DNA from: the human T2T-CHM13v2.0 reference genome, Homo sapiens
Strand: one strand, 5' to 3'
DNA: 64,000 bases
Assembly (NCBI RefSeq): GCF_009914755.1
Contig: NC_060925.1
Shown: in pieces, positions 14,686 through 29,921 of the stretch
Numbering within the stretch: position 1 is the stretch's first letter
How the letters are laid out: every line of letters begins with the position of its first letter
Notes under the pieces: generated by a model
What the model was told of the DNA's origin: nothing
Database searches by the model: none
Seen by the model: only the letters and a program-made list of their open reading frames with translations
Translations under genes and position numbers: made by a program

Positions 14686-15189
14686 ACTTGTCTTTTTATT
14701 ATCGTAAAGAGCCAAAGCATTAGGTACTCAATAAAGATTTAAAGAATGATGGTGTCAAAGTACATAGACTTTTTCCTCTATTTAAATAATCGATTTTCTT
14801 CCTGTGTTATTCAGACTTTAATAATATGTAACCAACTCCAACACATTAGGTGAGATTTTCTATTTCTATGTCCAGCAATTCTTAACATTGTCCATGAGCA
14901 CAAATCTTTTCTAGATTTGCCTTCTTACTGATTTTTTTTCCCTCTTTGGGCTTTTTTTCCCCCGTCCATACCATCACTAAGATGTGTCCGTGTCTATGTC
15001 AGGAGAAGGATGTCAATCAGAATGGTGGTGAGGATAAGTGAGTCGGCACTATGAGAAGGTACTGGAACTAGGGTAAAGGAAGAGGTATTTCTAAGTGGAG
15101 ACTTGATTAAAAAGGGGAGCATCTTATACCAACCAGCAAGTCAGTGGGGGAGGTCTGGAGTGATTAACTGACACAGGAGTTTCCCCTAG

Positions 15190-15631
<442 letters not shown>

Positions 15632-15754
15632 TGAAGACAAAGTAATTTGTCTAAACACTACTCTCTCCTAATGAATTAATTCTTTTCTTTCTCCCTTTCA
15701 TCTACCCCTCCTTTCTCTAATCTTTTCCCCCTTCTTTCCTGCTTTTCTTTCGTA

Positions 15755-16560
15755 CTCCTTTTACAAATATTTACTGGTACCTACTTCCTGTCAGGCATTC
15801 TGCCAGGCTCTGGGGATACAGATAATGAAGACAGGGCTCTGATTCTTGTCTTTTAGATCCTCACCTTCTACTGGGGAGACAAACACAAACATAGTTAGGA
15901 AAATCATAATATAATTAGCTTTTGTAATGATTTCCCCAAATACAAAAGGAGAAAAGGACCACCCTCCCCTGACCCGATTTCCTGCTGGAGTACACTTCAT
16001 ACATGAGGAACAATTTGAGTTGAAGCATGGGTGGGAGTTTGCAAGGCAGAATAACATGGAGAGGAGGATATTCTCATCCTGAGGGATAGCGCGTACATAA
16101 TAGATTGCGGCATGACAAAAATCATGTTTTGAATGTTAAAGCACCTTACTGCTGTGTATAAAATGCACGTAGCTGAGTGATGGCAGATGAGCAATGTACA
16201 GCCAGCTTTTGAAAGCCTCTATATGCCATATAAAGGAGTTTAGGTTTTGTTCTGAGATAATGAAACTGTTTTGATGACTTTTGAGTGGGATTCTGAAATC
16301 ATTACATTTTTAACCATTGTTGGAAAGATTACGCTCACAGCAGTGCTGATGGCCAGGTATTATTAAAAATACAGTATAAGAGAGAAGTGGGCATCAATTG
16401 TTCTGGTCTGGTGAGAGATGAGGATCTAAGCCAGAGCAGTAATGAAAGAATTGGAGTAGAAGGGCTGATTTAAATTTGATTATTGGTGCAGACACGGGGA
16501 TTGGTGATTGCTTGAATGTGGAAGGTGGAAGATACTTGGAATAGTTTTTGCATTGGAATT
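15755..16560 (-). mobile_element. L2 fragment
   Basis: caaatatttactggtacctacttcctgtcaggcattctgccaggctctggggataca...ggaaagattacgctcacagcagtg. Confidence 0.7.
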
Positions 16561-18290
16561 TGGGGTGGCCCTACGCTTTTCTTTTCAGCTGGTTTCTGCC
16601 AAATGTGAAATTGCAATTTACATAGAAAATTTTATGAAGACTTCAGAATGAAGAAGTCTGCATTTTCAAGTCTTCTGGTAAACTCATGTTCTTGTTGCAC
16701 ATCTGAGAACAGCCCCACCTGTTGACAGATCTTTGATGGCAAGGCTACATTTTTGATGGTTTCCAAAGATGGAAAAATTGCAGAATAAAGTTCAGAAAAC
16801 ATGGTGAGCTTAAATGAATAAGTTATATTTAATTGGGTATATGGTATTGTTTTCAATATTAAAGATATTTTGAGGCCCAATTAGACAAGACTTTACTGAC
16901 CTGAAGATGTCTAAAATTATATTATAGTTCAAGAACAAGAGATGATAGAAATTTGGTCAGATCATTTCTTAATTTCTCTTTGTTCACTTATTATTAATCA
17001 CGTTGTTAGGAGTATGGGGACTATTCCTATGAGAACTAAAGGAATCTTTTTTTGTTTGTAGTTTATGTCCCAGTAGGTGGATAATACAATTTAGTTTTGC
17101 TTTAAGGATTTTAGGATGCATATGTGTTTGTTTTTATGTATTTTATATATAGTGTATATACACATACTTATGTATTATATATAACTATAATATATAAGTA
17201 TAAACTTGACTTCAAGATAATTTTTTAAAGTAAACTTTTAATTCAAAATTTATTTCTTTTTAAATCAGATCTTTTCACCTTTGTACATATATATCTGTGG
17301 CATAACTAATATTTTTTAAAGTTTATGTTCAATTTCTTTCAAGTCTTTGATGTTTGATTTTACTGCTTTCATCTTCCTTTGTGAAAGTAATGATAATGTG
17401 GCACCTACTGCTCCTTGAGCAGATTGAATGTTTCTGTCCCATTAGGGAATAGTCTTGTGATATTTCCAGAAGGATATTAAAAATCTCACTTTATAGTAGA
17501 AATTATCCCTTTGTGAATACTGAATGTCTTTATCATAATGCTGTCAGTTCTGCTATTTTTCATACATTTCAGTGGCAAAAACTGAAAATTAGTGCATTGA
17601 TCATAATATTAAAAATGCATCCCTTTCTACTACTTGATCAATAGTACTTTCCAGTTGATTATCTTCTCTGGCTGAAATGTCTGTTATCTTTCATTGGCTA
17701 ATTCTCGAGAGTAGACTTTAGGATGTTGGTTTGGAAAACATTTTAAAAATGATTATATCTAACTCCTTCAATTTTCGGATAAGAACATTGAGTCCAGAGA
17801 ACTCAATGATGATAAATATCTTAGATAACATTATAGAACCAGGGCTAGAACTTACAGTGCTTTGAAGCACAATCTAGCAGTTTTTCAGGTGAAGTCTTGA
17901 TATAAAAGATTCACAACTATAAGAAACAAGACTTTATTTATTCTCAACAGGTCTCCATTTTGCTTTTTAAATGTAATTATTTTCTAAAACCATCCCTATG
18001 CTCAAAAGCTTAGACCCTCCTCTCACTTGTGGAGTAAGCTGCACGGAATATTGAATATAGACTGCATGTACCACAGAAAGTGGGTTTATAGATCTATCAG
18101 TCTCAATTCCTTCCACAACCACTTATTGACTAGCTACAGTGTGCCTCCTCTGCGGCAATGGCAAAAATAAAATGGATTGAATTTCTGGCCTTGAGGCGTT
18201 CATGAGAGAATTGGATACCTACATAAATGACTCTAAAAAAATAGGCTGTTTAAATGTTTTAGAAAAAATAAAAATATAGTGCTATGGGGC

Positions 18291-18795
18291 TGTATTAGGG
18301 TCTTCAGAAAAACAGAACCAATAGGTATATATAGATATATGAGAAGTGATTGTTTATGGGAACTGGCTCATATAATTATAGAAGCCCAAAGCCCCAAGGC
18401 ATGCCGTCTGCAGTGGAGAAATAGGAAACCCAGTGCTGTAATTTAGTCTGAGACTGATGGCCTGCGAACCAGGTGGGGTGCTGGTGTAACCATGGAGGCC
18501 AAAGGCCTGAGAACCAGGAGATTCCATGTCCAATGTCTGAGGCAGGAGAGCATAGATGTTCCAACTGAAGAGAGAGTAAATGCACCCTTCCTCTTTTTTT
18601 ATTCTTCTGGGGCCTCAAGGGATTGGACGAGGCTCACTCGCGTTGTCCAGGGTAGGTTTTGTCTACTGAGTTTACTGATTTAAATATTAAACTTTTCTGG
18701 AAAAATATTCACAAACATACCTAGAAATAATGTTTTGCCAGCTATCTAAGTATCTGTCTGTCCGGTCAAAGTGGTACTTAAAATTAACCTTCATA
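18291..18795 (-). mobile_element. MLT2 (ERVL) solo LTR, inserted in an L2 remnant
   Basis: Termini tgtattagggtcttcagaaaaacagaacc...aaaattaaccttcata; near-TSD ggggc/gaggc. Confidence 0.85.
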
Positions 18796-21420
18796 GAGGC
18801 CATGGAAAGAAAAGCCAATTCTGCCTGGGGGAAGAAGAAATAGTTGAGTGAAACCATGAAAAATCAGTAGGCTTTGAGAGTTAAAGAGTAGAACAATTGG
18901 TCTTCCAGGCAAAATAAATATTGTAAAGCAAAGGAATGAAGACTCCAAAGGCACAGATGTGGGAATGGTAGTTTTAATAGGCCTATAGTAGAAAGTATCA
19001 AGAAGGACAAGAAAGAGAGATGAGGTCACAGACTGAAGGATTTTATGTGGAATTTTTCATTTTTTTCTAAAGTCAATTTCTGATTATTGGCAGTTTTGAT
19101 AAAAAGAGCAGAGGAAAAATAAACTTGCTTTCTTTCACTGTTTTCCCAAGGATTTTGAAATAATATAGCTTAGACCATCCACCCTTAAAAAAGATTATTA
19201 CAGTCTGAGGACTTTGGTTCATTTGCCTTTTTTTTTTAATTTGATTAGCTTCAAGACCCCATTTACAATGCATATATACAAGGTTGTTATTGACTCTCCA
19301 GTAGTTAGCTTTTCTCATTTCCCTAACTCGTAGATAACACTAACAAAAAATTTAGTGGCTGGATCACGGTGGATGCTAAAAAAAAAAAATGACAAATTTA
19401 ACAACTATTTTCACCCACTATTGGGTCTATGTTTAATGCTTTGTTTTTTGCCAATGACTAGCACTTTACACATTCGTGTCTGTGGAAGAAATTAGCGCAT
19501 GAGAGGGTAAATGGATTTTCTAGGGTTTTGAGTATTTCCACACAAAGTATATTGTTTGACATCAACCTGCTGATTGCTAATTATTTTTAGTAGGCTAACT
19601 AGGCTGTAAATATCTTTATATCATTCCTCAGATCAATAATTTCATAGTTACTAAAGGAGTGCCTTAAAGATCCTGATACCTTAATTGGACCAGTTTTACC
19701 CTCACTTTTTAGTTTTAGACATTGTAACGGTGGCTCTTCTTTCATAATTTTATGTCACTGTGGAGATGCTATAAACTTCCTCTTATCCAGGTTATAAGGA
19801 CCCATAGTGTCCTCTCAATGTATTGTTGTGCTTCTGCTGGGTTTCTTGAAAAAAGCACTGCTTTAACCTAGTTCTGACAGGGTCTACTAATGCTACATAA
19901 CCCTACAACCAACTGATGCCTGTGCTCTGAACCGGGCTTGTGGCAGACAGCTTGCAAATACTAGATAGTTTTGACATTTGCTTATCTACTTTTTTATTTG
20001 GTCCTGGGTTCACAACTACAGTATAAGCCCCATGTAGTAGGGATTGTTCCTGATACATTTCTGAGCCATGTTCTCTAGAAAAAGGTGCAGGTTAAATTGG
20101 GAATGTGAAACATTTTTTTTGTTGTTGTTCTTCAGGGTTCTTTATTCCATCTTTCATAAAAGAGATGTCAGAAAAACTGTTTCTCAGTCACCTTTACCAT
20201 GGCATTTGTCTTCTGAGTTGATTACGACTTTAATTCAACAATGAGAAGCCAATATAAACTCATCAGTTCATGGTCTGTGGAGGCATGTGCTTTACAGATG
20301 AAAGTAAATCATATAATTATCCCTGCTCCACAGGAAGCAAATTATTTCAATTATCTGAAATTAACTCTATATCTAGATTTCTCCCAGGTAAACAATTGCT
20401 GTTTGGGTACAGTGGTGCGGATATTGTCAGAAAACATTTATATTAACACTTAAAGTGACACAGTAACACACCTACATAGTCTCATGGATAGAAAGTAAAT
20501 ATCTGGCTAAATCACACACATGCATTTAGTTTTAGAAATGAAATTAAGTTTATTATCTGTATGCTGATGCTTTTACTTCTATGGAAATGTAACAACATCC
20601 TGTGGACATTAGATAATGAATAGTAAAACATTAAAACAAAGGTTTTCAGTTTTTAAAATATATCCTTTTTTTGCGGCGGGTAGAGAAATCTTCAAAACAT
20701 AAGAAATAGTTGGCTGTATTCTTTTAAAGGAACAGGGTTTTTTGGCAGCTGACTTACAGCCAGTCTTTTCTGCCAAAATATCAATGTTTTCTTGAGGATA
20801 AAAATAGTCTTATTGCAGCCAGCAAAATGTCATTTGAAACTACAAGTGACCACTGTCACAGAAAGGTATTATTATTAATGCTTGCAACACAACAAGGAGT
20901 ACAATGATTTCGGCAGAGATTGCTATTTCCACACAGCTCAGAGTTATCAAAAGAGATAGCAGAAGTAAGGGGAAGGTAGCAGAATGTTAGCCCATTGCAC
21001 AGAGGCTACTATCTTGAGGAAAGAATATTCAGGAGACACAGGGAGCAACGCAGCGTAATACCCACACACAGAGAGTTGAAAAGATCAGGGAAACAAAGAA
21101 TATGCAAAAATCAAAGAAAGAGCACGAAAGAAAAGCAAAGTAAGAAAGAAACGATGGAAGAAAAAAACAGCCAACTTTTAAGGATTTTCTGCAAGTTAAC
21201 AAAAGCCTAGCTATACTTAAGTGGACATTATTAAATTCTAATAGGAGATTTTAAGCTCTTTGAATAATTAATAAGGACAGAATACAAAAGAACCTAAGAT
21301 TAAGACATGAAAGTCTCCAAAACACTCCAAAACGATACAGTCAATTTGCAATTGGTGATGTGTGGGTATTTTTGTTATTATTTTAGAGTAAATTTACCAA
21401 ATATATGATTAAATAATTTT

Positions 21421-21445
21421 TTTTGAGACTGAGCTTCGCTCTGTC
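21421..21445 (-). mobile_element. Extremely 5'-truncated Alu (25 bp) with 15-bp TSD
   Basis: Insert reverse complement GACAGAGCGAAGCTCAGTCTCAAAA resembles the Alu 3' terminus; TSD tgattaaataatttt at 21406-21420 and 21446-21460. Confidence 0.85.
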
Positions 21446-24400
21446 TGATTAAATAATTTTAAATTACTCCATTTTGTGTTTAAATCCCATGTAAGGAACT
21501 CTGACCTGGTATTATCAGTAGCTGAACTGCATTGTATCCAGGTAGACTGTAGTGACCATCTGGTCCCTGGACAGCTGCCCGAGACTGGACAGACTATTGC
21601 TGATTTTTAGCTGCATCCATGCCTTTTTCATCAAATGGAGAGGACTTACATAATTGGTACCCTAAAAAGAGACAATTACACACGGATACAAATACTAATA
21701 CAATAATAGAATTAGCTATCAGGCTATAATTGGTATTAGTGTTTTTGGTTGTTTCTGTCTTGCTGTGTTTTAGATACCGACAGAAACTATTATGTCATGT
21801 ACTTCCCACAATAATCTTATAAGTCCGGCTTCATCTTTTCCCTAAATTTGTATATAAGTAAACTGAGGCTTGTAGAAGTTTATAATTTCTCAAGATTCTA
21901 CTGCTAATAAGTAGATGCTCAAAAAAGTTCATCTCCATATCATGAGTTTTTAACCACTTATGGTATATTCTGTAAATTAGAAAAGTAATTTGAAGTCTTT
22001 ACCATATGCTGGACTCCAAGAAAGATAACTTTTCTTTTCTTCCCTTCTAAGAATCTAAATTACTCTAAGAATCTCAAAATTCTTAACACATACATTAATA
22101 GATGTACTTGGTTTGATAGTAAGGTATATTTTACTAGAAGTGATACAAAGTGGGAAGGTGAGTTATGGGAGTGTATATCCCCCTAGCTCATGGACAACTT
22201 CAATATTTAAAACCTTTTCTGAATAATTTGCCCTAAACAATGCTTTCAATAAAAATTAGGTGATAGTAAACTAGAAATTTTACCCTCTGGAAATCTCAGT
22301 AGTAGTTATACAAACTATGAGTCTTACCAATTTTTCAAAGGTAGAATTAACATCTTTTATTAAAATGGAAGAGTATAAAAGCATTTGTAATTAAATAAAA
22401 TGAATTTGGAGATTACAATCAACACTTTCTCATTCAAAACATTTTCCCCATAGCAGTTGGAGAAACTTTTCACATGATTATTAAAATGGTCATTTTAAAT
22501 TAATTTTTGAGTTTTTGGAGATATTCTACCTTGTTTAAGAGTTAGAACAAAAAGTCAAATTTAGATCTGTTTGTATTTCTCTTTTCATTCAGTACTAACT
22601 GTGATTATGAATAAATACCAAATGGCTCATGAGTACAAAAAGAGCGTAGAGAATTGGAACAAACTAGAATCACAGCATCTGGGAGACCTGAACTGAACAT
22701 GTGCTCGGCAAAGATTTGTTGGATTAAAATACATTTCAGAACTGGGAGGGACACTAAGGATCACTAGTTAGTTCAATTCTATCCTACTTTATGCAAAAGA
22801 ATTTTTAATACCAGAAGTGATGTTGAAAAGAACAGAGATGATCTGTAAGTGAGTAAAGACAGAATATTTAAAATGGCGTCCTTTCACCTCTCTTTAGTCA
22901 ACTCTCATGGCAAATCAATGGTTGCTATTTTTTTTTAATAATTGTGGCCAAGATTTATTCCATCAAATATAGCCTTTTATGTTTAGAAGGGTCTTTGTGG
23001 TTTCTTTTTTCTCTTTTTGTCCCATGAACATAAACACTTTAACACCATTGCTTCATAAATTAACCTGAAAACATTAAACTTTATGAAGAGGGATTAGGAA
23101 CAGGTAGAGAGTTTATGAAAAATAATATGTTTATACTTTGTTTCTTTCTCATAACATATACTGGAATCATGTAAAGTTGAGTAAGATGAACTGAATAAGT
23201 AGCATCAGGTTATAGATTAGTACATTAGTTACAAGGTAGAACATATAGCATGAGCAATATTTTTTGAAGACTAATCTACTGAAAAATAAGTTAGTTTATC
23301 TAGCATTTACTAAATGCCAGGCAGTGGATTCTGTTCAAAATGTTATGTGATTTAATGTTTATGTAGTCCCTTGAGGGAGGTATTATTTTCCCAATTGTAT
23401 TATGGAGAAATGTGTGATTTGGAGAGAAGTAACATGCTTCAAGTGAGACAAGTTGTTTATTGCAATTTCAAACAAGAAGTTATTTATTATGATTTTGCAT
23501 CATTTGAACCATATAATAATTCCCACAAAGATTAAAGATAAGATACGGAAAAGAAAAGGTATGAGCGTTCTTAGAGTAAATGAAATTTTCAGTAGGACTT
23601 TAAATTATATGAAAAAATAATTTTAAATTGTTATGTTTATTTAATTGATAGGATAATTTGAAAGTCTTCTCATTCAGTTTTTCAATTAGTTTTAAGAATC
23701 TGTTTAAGACAACAGCTCAAATAAAATTTGTAGAATTATCTTAGGTTATTATGTAATTTAGAAATAATAAAGTGCATTTAAAAAATTATGTAATTTATGC
23801 CATTCACTTACTTTTTCTAGAATTAATGTAATTAGTTTTGATCATTGAGGTTTCACTCTTTAGTAGTAACCAGATCAAACTCTTGCTCTTTTACACCAAA
23901 CATATATATGCTCACACAGACAGGCGCTTTAATTTTTTCATTTTCAGATTTGTAGCTCAACAACATTGCAGTACTTTATGCGCTCCTTTCATTCTATTAT
24001 ATCATCCCATAGCAAGGGAAATGGGAAGAATGTCACATAGGTCTTTTTTTTTCTTGCTTTAGTCACATAATACTAAAGTTAACATTTTTCTTCCTCTATG
24101 TTTGTTGGATAATTAGACATTGTATAATAGATTAAGAGCCATATGTGATCCCTGTCTCCTTAGGCATATGCTAGAGCAGAAATAAATTGCTAAATATAAC
24201 AAATAACAAGTTTATTTCCATTAACGTAGTATATTGAAATTAAATTTTATTTTTGGTCTTAGAATTTTTGGAAGGAACAAAAGTGAACCCTATTCTTCTG
24301 TATGTCTTGTGGGGGGGCATGCAGAAATAATACATTCTCTTAGACATGGGTTAATTTTTACATTGCTTTAAAGATGTTCCAAGGGAATTTTCAGTGTGGA

Positions 24401-24527
24401 GTTTTGACTAAATATTGTTAAAACTTACAGTCCCACCTGCTGTCTACTCTGCCCTTCTTTCATAGTTATATCATATCCACCTCTAACACTCAATGGATGA
24501 GTTTTCCCTTGAGTAAAATATGACCAC

Positions 24528-25903
24528 CGATATGGTTTGGCTCTGTGTCCCCACCTAAATCTCACCTCGAATTGTAATTCCTATAATCCCCACGTTTCAA
24601 GGGTGGGACAAGGTGGAGGTAATTGGATCATGGGGGCGGTTTCTCCCATGCTGTTCTCGTGATAGTGGATGAGTTCTCATGAGATCTGATGGTTTTATAA
24701 GCATCTGGTATTTCCCCTGCTTTCACTAACTTCATCCTGCTGCCTTGTGAAAAAGGTGCCTGCTTCTTCTTTGCCTTCCACCATGACTGTAAGTTTCCTG
24801 AGGCTTACCCAGCAATGTGGAATGATTTCAGAGAATGTATGGAAATGCCTGGATGTCCAGGCAGAAGTTTGCTGCAGGAGTGGAACCCTCATGGAAAACC
24901 TCTGCTAGGGCGGTACAGAAGGGAAATGTGGGGTTGCAGCCCGACACAGAGTCTCTACTGGGGCACTACCTTGTGGAGCTGTGAGAAGAGGGCCACCATC
25001 CTCCAGCCCCCAGAATGGTAGATCCCCCAACGGCTTGTACTGTGCACCTGGAAAAGCTGCAGGCACTCAATGCCAGCCCATGAAAGCAGCTGGGAGTGAG
25101 GCTGTACCCTGCAAAGCCACAGGGGTGGAGCTTCCCAAGGCCATGGGAGCCCATCTTTTGCATCAGCATGACCTGGATGTGAGACAGGGAGTCAAAGGAG
25201 ATTATTTTGGAAGCTTAAGGTTTAATGACTGCCCTTTGGATTTCAGAGTTGGGTAGGGCCTGTAGGCCCATTGTTTGGGCCAATTTTTCCCATTTGGAAT
25301 GGGAGAATTTATCCAATGCCTGTACTCTCATTGTATCTAGTAACTAACTTGCTTTTGATTTTTATTCTCATAGGCAGAAGGGACTTGCCTTGTATCAGAT
25401 GAGACGTTGGACTGTGGACTTTTGAGTTAATGCCTGAATGAGTTAAGACTTTGGGGGACTGTCGGGAAGGCATGATTGGTTTTGAAATATGAAAAGACAT
25501 GAGATTTGGGAGGGGCCGGGGTGGAATGATATGGTTTGGCTCTGTCTGCACTAAAATCTCACCTCAAATTGTAATCCCCATAATCTCCATGTGTCAAGGG
25601 TGGGACAAAGTGGAGGTGACTGGATCATGGGGGTGGTGTCCTCCATGGTGTTTTCATGATAGTGAGTGAGTTCTCATGAGATTTGATGGTTTTATAAGCA
25701 TCTGGCATTTCTCCTGCTTGCAGTCATTCTGTCCTGCCACCCTGTGAAAAAGGTGCCCACCTCTCCTTTGCCTTCTGCCATGATTGTAAGTTTTCTGAGG
25801 CCTCCCCAGCAATGCGGAACTGTGAGTCAATTCAACCTATTTCCTTTATAAATTATTCAGTCTTGGGTCTTTCTTCATCACAGTGTGAGAATGGACTAAC
25901 ACA
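24528..25903 (+). mobile_element. THE1D-like MaLR provirus with internal deletion (partial 5' LTR 24528-~24822, partial internal, 3' LTR 25527-25903)
   Basis: gatatggtttggctctgtgtccccac LTR start, THE1 internal motifs, perfect 5-bp TSD accac (24523-24527, 25904-25908). Confidence 0.92.
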
Positions 25904-26379
25904 ACCACCTAGGGTAAATATGGCCCAGAGTGAGAGGGAAGGGAGTGATACATCCTCCCACTTTCTATTATAATTTGTGTCGAATGCCCTCCAACTAGTT
26001 TATGGCTTTGTGCATTTTCCACATCAGAAGAGAACTGGGCTAACTAAACCTTTTCATAGGGTCAGTGAAAAAAAATAACTAGTTCCTGGGGAAAACTCAG
26101 GCTTGTCTTTCAATGTATATGAAAGATTCATTATCGATTTAGTCCAGACTGCAACAAGTGAGGAACTCACAATCAATCATTAGTGACATTTCCTCATGTC
26201 TGCTCATTTCTCTGAAAATGTTTTTCACCTTTTAACTTTTACTGAAATCTGATTCTTCTCTGAACACTCAGCTGCCCCGAAAGAATTCTCAAGCCCTTTG
26301 CCACACTTCTCTGTCACTGTGAGCCTGGCAGTGTGAAAAGCTGTCCTCCTTGCTGCTAATTGCAGTTTTCAGGACATTA

Positions 26380-26975
26380 TTCTTTTCTTCTCCCTACACA
26401 TAAGTCATCCTCCCTCTCAGCTGCTGACCATGCTTCCTATTTCACCGAGAAAATGAAAGCAACTACAAGGAAGCTTCCATGCACTCACACACTCTCTTAG
26501 CTGAACTTCCAACAGCATTTGTATCATATACTTTGTCTTCCCACCTGTTCTAAAGGAAGTCTCTGCATTCCCATTTTAAAACAAATCTCTCATGTATCAT
26601 TCCAATCAGCATCATAGTAGAGTGTTATTTCTTCCATTTTAGACATTAACAAAAACAAACATGTCTGATGCCATATTCTCCTCTAGGTATACTTTATTTC
26701 TCATTTCTTTTACAGCAAAACTCCTCAGAATTCTCCAGTTTCATGGGCTTAAATACCGTCTGCACACTAGTGATTCTCAAAATGATATATGCAGTTCAGA
26801 CATCTCCCCTGAACTTCAAATAACAGCTGCCTACTCTACAATTCCACTTGGATGTCTCATAAACATTTCAAACTTACTTACATGTTCAAAATCAAACTCC
26901 TGATCTTCTCTCTCATCTACCAAAATTTCCCATCTTAAGAAACATATTCCCTTCCAGTTGGGAAAATTTTGGGAA
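26380..26975 (+). mobile_element. L2 fragment
   Basis: catgggcttaaataccgtctgcacactagtgattctcaaa...ccacttggatgtctcataaacatttcaaactta. Confidence 0.75.
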
Positions 26976-27084
26976 TTATTTCCCTGTTAGCTAATGTCAA
27001 CATACCAACCCATTACACATGATTTGAACTTTTGCCTCAATTTTAGCATTAGGATGGAGTTTTATTTTATTTATAGAATGAGTA

Positions 27085-27190
27085 AAATAATGAAAGAAAG
27101 AATATGAAGAAGGAATAAAGGAAGGAAGCAGGAAAGGGAAGAAGGAAGGAAAGAAATGGAAAAATAAGAAAGATATGAATAAAAGAATTA
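27085..27190. repeat. GA-rich low-complexity tract
   Basis: gaaagaaag...gaaggaagcaggaaagggaagaaggaaggaaagaaa. Confidence 0.75.
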
Positions 27191-27684
27191 CTTTTAGCCC
27201 AAGATGAATAAACATTGAAAAAACACTGGTCATTAGAATCTGAAATCAAAATGACTAAAATGTTTTAGGTTATGCTAAATTGAAGTCCAGTTTAATCAAG
27301 CCAGAGTCATCTATAGTAGAAGATTCTTTATTTGGGGGAAACCTCCCCAACAACAGACTTATTATAAAAGAATTTATACAAATTTAAATAATTGATTAAT
27401 ATGCATGTGTGGCGATGGTGATGCAATCTACAGTGCAAAGAATCTCCACTTATGATTATCATAGGGTCCAATCAGCATAATTTCAACAAGCAGAGACAAT
27501 CACAATGAAATCATGGAGACCTTGAGGTAAGATATGAATTGGGATTCTTCTTAGTAATTTTTGTTTAGATGATTAAAATAAATAGATCATCCATAGCTAG
27601 CTAGGTAGGTAAACACAGACAGAGATAGGAATATAAAGATAGAGAATATAGAGACACTTAGATTTTTTTAAAATGTATTACTAC

Positions 27685-28197
27685 TGTGATGGTTAATTTT
27701 ATGTGTTAACTTGACCAGGCTATGGAGTTCCCAGATATTTGAACAACGAATATTTTGCATGCATACGTGAAGTTGCTTCCAAAGGAGATTAAAATTTGAA
27801 TTGGTAGGCTGAGTAAAGTAACTTCCCTAATGTGTGTGGGCCTCTTCCAATCTGGTGCAGGCCTGCATAGAACAATAAGCCTGAGCAGAAGAGAACTGCT
27901 CCTTCCTGACTGCTTTTGAGCTTGGCTATCCCTTTTTTCCTGCATTCATACTTGAGCTGGAACATTGGCTCTTCCTGGTTCTTCATCCTCCAGAATACCT
28001 GACCAGAACTATACCCTCTCCTTGGTGTCCAGCTTGCTAAATGAAGATCTGGGACTTATCCGCCTACAAAATCATGTGAGCCAATTTCTTATAATGAGTC
28101 TCACTCTCTGTCTCTGTCTTTCTTTGTTTTTACACACACACACACACACACACAATTTATATATTGGTTGTTTCTCAGGAGAACCTCGAATAGTACA
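27685..28197 (+). mobile_element. MLT2 (ERVL) solo LTR with internal (CA)n
   Basis: tgtgatggttaattttatgtgttaacttgac...ggagaacctcgaatagtaca; near-TSD actac/actaa. Confidence 0.88.
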
Positions 28198-29191
28198 ACT
28201 AAATTGTATGTTTTTTAAATTCGATCTTTCACCTTGTTTGGAGTTAAGATAACTAAATTCCAGAAATATTTTTAATCTGGTACAGGTTAAGTCCTGAAAT
28301 ATTTGGATAATTATATTTTTATCATTTTAATACCACCAGTGGCTCTCTTTCTTTTACATCTTCATCAGCCTCTTTGCATCTCACATAATTAAGGATAAGA
28401 AAAACTCAAGTCATGTAAAAAAGCTCTTCAGTAGCTCTTCAGTGCTTCACAGGCTTGTACATCTCTTTGACTTCATACATGCTGTTGCCATTTACTGGAA
28501 TATCTTTTCATTCTTCATTGTCTAGTTAACCTTTCTTTAAGGATTCCTGTCCCCAGGGAACTCTCTCTTATCCTCCATTCTGCTATAGGTCCCCCACTCT
28601 CAACCCTGCCACATTCTCTCCTTGTGTCTTATACAGGTTTCTGCCATGGGACATGTCATCCAGTACTATAATTATTAATAAATATCTTTGGGTCCTCCAG
28701 TAAAAAATGTTAAGCACTTTAGAAGGGTAGAAACTGTATCTTTATAAACATGTTTTATGTCCAACTCCTAAACTAGTGCCAGCTGTAAGTATTTATTGAA
28801 AAAGTAGTTACCACATAAATGCCAATAGTCCAGCCTATCCCATGTGATAATTTAGAACTCTGAGAATCTTAAATATCTGAACTAATTATATTCTTCTTTA
28901 ATAATTTTCTTTATACATTTTCTTAAACCTAAAAGCAATTCTCAATTATTTGCAATTAAATAAGCAAACTATACAACACATTTTTTTCTCAATTGCACAT
29001 GAAAGAGGAAACCCTGTGTCACTAAGCAATCATCATTTATTTGTCTGTTCTATATGAAATATGCATTGGTTTTCTAAACAAAATTGCTTTCATTGGAAGA
29101 CTTGCCATTGCCTTTGGTAGCTCACGTTTTGACTGATGACAGCGATGGAGAAGGAAAAAATTGAATCATAGTCATCATTGTATTGAATCAC

Positions 29192-29489
29192 GGGTAGCCT
29201 GCGGCTCACACCTGTAATCCCAGCACCATGGGAGGCCAAAGTGGGCAGATCACTTGAGGTCAGGAGTTGAGGCCAGCCTGGGCAACATGGCAAAACCGCA
29301 GCTCTACAAAAATTAGCTGAGCGTGGTGCCACACACTTGTAATGCCAGCTACTTGGGAGGCTGAGGCCCAGAATCGTCTGAGCCTGGGAGGCAGAGGTTG
29401 CAGTGAGCCAAGATGACACCACTGCACTCTAGCCTGGGCAACAAAAGGACAAACGCAAGACTCTGTCTCAAAAAAAAAAAAAAAAAAAA
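29192..29489 (+). mobile_element. Alu (S/J type)
   Basis: Sense Alu with poly(A) tail ending at 29489. Confidence 0.95.
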
Positions 29490-29628
29490 GTTCTTAAATT
29501 GCAGGTGAGATTTTATGGGCAGATTTTTACCTAACAACAAAATGATTTATTTTTTATATTATAAATGTCAACCAGGGAAAACCTAAACTTATCATGTAAT
29601 TCAGTTAGGGCTGTGTGTAATCCTTTGA

Positions 29629-29921
<293 letters not shown>

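Noticed and set aside
20995-21210. Lys/Glu/Arg-rich 71-aa ORF
   Set aside because: Explained by purine-rich low complexity; non-ATG start; no poly(A)/TSD or parent gene recognised.
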